A stretch of 64,000 bases of DNA from Porphyridium purpureum (Eukaryota): assembly GCA_008690995.1 (NCBI GenBank), contig VRMN01000003.1, forward strand, positions 434,001 through 498,000, in the 5' to 3' direction. Position 1 is the first letter of the stretch; each line of letters starts with the position of its first letter. The notes under the pieces were generated by a model. That model was not told the origin of the DNA. It saw nothing but the letters and a program-made list of their open reading frames with translations, and did no database searches. The translations under genes were made by a program, and so were the position numbers. Below are positions 60,723 to 64,000 of this stretch, piece after piece.

Positions 60723-62536
60723 ACTCTACCTATCTCTGCTCCGTTTCTGCAGGCGCCGTGTTCGTTCTGATGTCAGGCAGTCAGGTCGCCACGCTATCAC
60801 TCAACATCAATAGGCGGAGACACTGCGACTGGCGCGTCTCTGATCCTGTGCCCTGTCCCACCCCCTTCCACGGACTGCGCACGGTTAGTATGTTCGTCTC
60901 CAACGGCTGGCACAACCTAACGTTACCAGTCCAAACATAGGCGCGCGCTGGTTGCCTTTATAGATACTCAGCGCAATGGCCTCCAGTCCAGTCAGCCGAG
61001 GTAGTGTCACGTTGCGTTCCACCGAACTCGATGCAGGCTGACTGAAATGGGGCTGGCAGGAGTTTGGCGCACGCGTCAAGGCAAGGAGAAACCAGATCCT
61101 ATCGAAAATATCAAAGGCGTACCCGGCACCTTCATGTTTCTCCTGTTTCTGCTGTGCTTTTTTTTTTTTTTTTTTTTGCTTCTGTGTGCGTGAATGGCGT
61201 TCATGGACTGAGCTGGATTGCCTCGTTTGAAACAGGACGGAAAAAGGCTGCCGTTACGCGTTCCTTCATAGATGCGCTGCTTTTTCACGAAACGATCCTG
61301 CGTCTAGCTAAACGCTGCAGTTTTATGGAGACTGACCGACTCAGTGCGACTGTACCTCGTCCGAGAAGTGCGCTGCCGAGCCGCCATACCTCCAAGTGGA
61401 ATGGCGCAGGACGGAATTCGCGTCGCGTTGGCAGCGACGTGATATCTGACTCGTGCTGTGAGTATGACCTGGCACTGCTTCAGGCTCTCCAGATTTCGCA
61501 CCCAGCTGCTGCGAGCTCCGCGCCCGCCCACATTCCCGCTCAATTGTGCATCTCCACGCCCACGGAATCAAGACTTGCCGCCGGCTCGGAACACTGCGTT
61601 CAATGAGGATCGTGTTTTCTGATTGCATTTTGTGAGGCCCGCACAAAACGAAGTCCTTGCAGCGAAACGGCAAGCACGCAACGAGATTCAGCTGAAGCTG
61701 GTTCGTCCAAGTGGTGGCTGCCTTTTTCTCCGTCACCGAAACTGCCAACGCTGCTTGCGCATGCTTCGTGGAGCAGGTGGATGCGCACCAGATTTGCTTC
61801 GCCCTATGACCTTCACACGGGGAAGGGGCGCTCCTGAGCTGCTTCTGTGCACCCTCAAAACGACTCAATTTCCGGCTCGTCAGGGCGGAGTGGTGTGAAA
61901 TCAGAGCTGTGCTCCTCAAGTCCTCCATGGTTGTCGTACGCTGAGCCTGGGAACCCTTCTCTCCAGTTATGATAAAATAGGCGTTCTCCTCCGCGGCGAA
62001 GAAGCAATAAGCGCTGCCATGCTTCGTGATGACGAGCCCCTTCACCCGAGTTCCAACACGTATACCACAGAAGAATAGTTTCCTTCCAATGACCACACTA
62101 AACCAGCCTTGGCTCTGTAAAGCTTTTCATGAATCCAACAAGGCCGAAAGCTCGCAAAGCTGACCTGCATGAGCGTTGCGCGACTGTATCCTGTGTGGCA
62201 TGTGCATGCACAGTTGCGTGCGGGGAGAACCAGGCAGGCCTCACGGACAAAAGGCGTGGCGTTAGGTAGTCATATTTGCATGCATACAGCCAAAAAAAAG
62301 AGGATGCGGCTGCTCTAGACCAACCAGCCACCCCTGTCATTGGGTCCATTCCACGGGGCTGGCTCGCACACCCGCGTTCTCCAAGCCTCGGAGGCCGACC
62401 TGGTGCCACCCTCGCGACTTGGCGGCAAACATGGACTCTCACTTGTCGGTCTTCTCACTGTACCGCGTTGCGTCTGATCGTGACGCAAGCGCAAGTCGCT
62501 GGTCGAAGATGAGATGTGCGGGATTCGGTGAAAAGC

Positions 62537-64000
62537 ATGAAAGTGAGATGGCTCATCATCGTTGTTTCTGCGGTATTTGCGGCTCTCGCACTGCTGCAGT
62601 GGACGCATGTGCGCGAACACATCACCGTGCTGGGTCGGTCGGCGGACATTCCGCTCGCAGGCCCCGAAGCACATGCTCAAACTAGACGGCCTCGCACGGA
62701 CAGCGATGTCGCGCGCGCGGTAGCTTCACGATCTGGAGAAGCAGGACATGTGGAACGGCGGGAGGCACGGAAGGAGCCACTGTCAGTGGACGAACTGGCC
62801 AGGTTAGACGCTGAAGCACAAATTCAGCTGGACACACGGGAGTTACCGCCGCGATTCCTGGAACAACCGCCAGACACGTCCATTCGGATACGAGCGACCA
62901 GCAACACATCGGCAGAAGGACCTGCAGATACCACGTGTACTAGCGATCAGCAGCTGAGTGAGTGGGGACCGTTTGCAGAATGGAATCGCGGACAGCATAA
63001 ACTGTTTGTAGTTGAGACATACTTGTTGCGGACAGCGTCGTCACCAAGCGACAGTGCCGATGGTTTGGCTAGCAAGACGGAACCAGTGGCCGTATCGCCC
63101 GCATTTATCATCAAGTATCGGGGCCCATTTCAGGCCAGCAATCATTCGTGGCTCAATGTGGGCCTTCCCTTTGAACTACACCTTTCAGAAGTCTCCGACG
63201 AGGATCGATCAAGGAATAATGCTAGTGTCACTTCGGTGATCCCCTGTCGAATCCAACCACCACCGCTACAGAAGGGAGATCCAGACAATGATTTTGAGAC
63301 TTGGTATTCTTACCGATGCGGAACCGTGTGGCTCGAGTCGTCATCACAAGATGTGAGGCTCAGTGCGAGACTTGCACTGCGCGATCTTCAGACACTGCAA
63401 TTGCTGGCCCGAGACTTTTTGGTGATGATGAATGCCGATCTAACGCTTTGCGAATGGGACGAACGCGTGGGTATTCTCCCACTACCAAAGAAGCGCGTCA
63501 AGTTTGGCTTGGCCACACTCATCAAGGCCGATTTTACACCTAAACTCAGCTTTGAAGAGATGGACCGTACCGTGCGTGATCGGCTTGCGGAGTGGATTGC
63601 GTACAACATCTACTTGGGATTCGAGTTCATATCCATTTATGTAGACGGAGAGTGCGACGCGTCTATACGAGACCTGTTGCGCCCATTCACTCTCGCGGGC
63701 GTAGCTCAGTGCACATCGACATATCGGGTGCATGTGCGCGAAGATCACGAGTACATGCCACGCGATCGGGTCAAGGCGTGGAGGGACGCAATCCGCCATC
63801 ACCAGCGCACTGTTTTTTCCATGCATGTCGAACGGTACCGGGAATACATTCAATACATGAGCTTTATGGATCCTGACGAGTTTCTAGTCATTTCGCAAAG
63901 GGTTCACTCGAGCGAATCAGACTGGAAAACAAAGCCGCCCTTGGCAAGCTTGGAGGATACTTGGAATGCGCACTACAAAAATGCGTGCTCGCTTCGCGCC
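62537..64000 (+). CDS. type II membrane glycosyltransferase, GT92/DUF23-like GT-A fold (3' end runs off the window)
   Basis: My translation (not in the ORF track) starts at ATG 62537 with signal anchor MKVRWLIIVVSAVFAALALLQW and stays open to 64000. It contains LAEWIAYNIYLGFEFISIYVD, DLLRPFTLAGV and DxD motif YMSFMDPDEFLV. Confidence 0.75.
   Translation, partial: MKVRWLIIVVSAVFAALALLQWTHVREHITVLGRSADIPLAGPEAHAQTRRPRTDSDVARAVASRSGEAGHVERREARKEPLSVDELARLDAEAQIQLDTRELPPRFLEQPPDTSIRIRATSNTSAEGPADTTCTSDQQLSEWGPFAEWNRGQHKLFVVETYLLRTASSPSDSADGLASKTEPVAVSPAFIIKYRGPFQASNHSWLNVGLPFELHLSEVSDEDRSRNNASVTSVIPCRIQPPPLQKGDPDNDFETWYSYRCGTVWLESSSQDVRLSARLALRDLQTLQLLARDFLVMMNADLTLCEWDERVGILPLPKKRVKFGLATLIKADFTPKLSFEEMDRTVRDRLAEWIAYNIYLGFEFISIYVDGECDASIRDLLRPFTLAGVAQCTSTYRVHVREDHEYMPRDRVKAWRDAIRHHQRTVFSMHVERYREYIQYMSFMDPDEFLVISQRVHSSESDWKTKPPLASLEDTWNAHYKNACSLRA

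Noticed and set aside
59519..61177. Poly(A) at ~59519-59535 and poly(T) at ~61158-61177 as retroposition hallmarks around the RbcX-like gene
   Set aside because: The downstream tract reads poly(T) on the gene's coding strand, the wrong orientation for a retrocopy tail, and no target-site duplication was seen. They are treated as simple homopolymers.
61341..62096. 251-aa minus-strand ORF
   Set aside because: It has a non-ATG start and no recognisable domain; coding status is unsupported.

Overview
Eukaryotic nuclear DNA: compact, GC-rich, almost intron-free and gene-dense. Several nuclear genes carry M-(A)-x-F-V-type plastid transit peptides, which is consistent with a unicellular red alga of the Porphyridium type (inference). 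About 30 protein genes are supported: PTC7-type PP2C (partial), organellar GyrA, proteasome beta5, RPL34, Furry/MOR2/Tao3, a Sos7/Kre28/Zwint-like kinetochore protein, DUF1415, TIM17, two tandem SEL1-repeat proteins, a nucleoplasmin-FKBP, an At4g00755-like protein, prohibitin, GOS1, RanBPM, CRAL-TRIO, SerRS, an atypical ARF-like GTPase, a spliced RAB5IF/EMC6-family gene, COX6A, PRA1, an ALMT/FUSC-like transporter, Pol eta, a P/U-type cyclin, a PIG3-like oxidoreductase, a secreted Hint (Hedgehog-type) autoprocessing protein, a KNOX-like TALE homeobox, a plastid protein with two RbcX-like modules and a GT92-like glycosyltransferase (partial; absent from the ORF track). The most notable observations are (1) the tandem RbcX-like plastid protein, in a lineage whose red-type Rubisco has no known RbcX chaperone, (2) the Hint-domain protein with a hierarchically duplicated acidic repeat and His at the general-base position, and (3) a GTACAG[T/C] motif clustered upstream of many genes. 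All family calls come from motif recognition by eye; no database searches were run.
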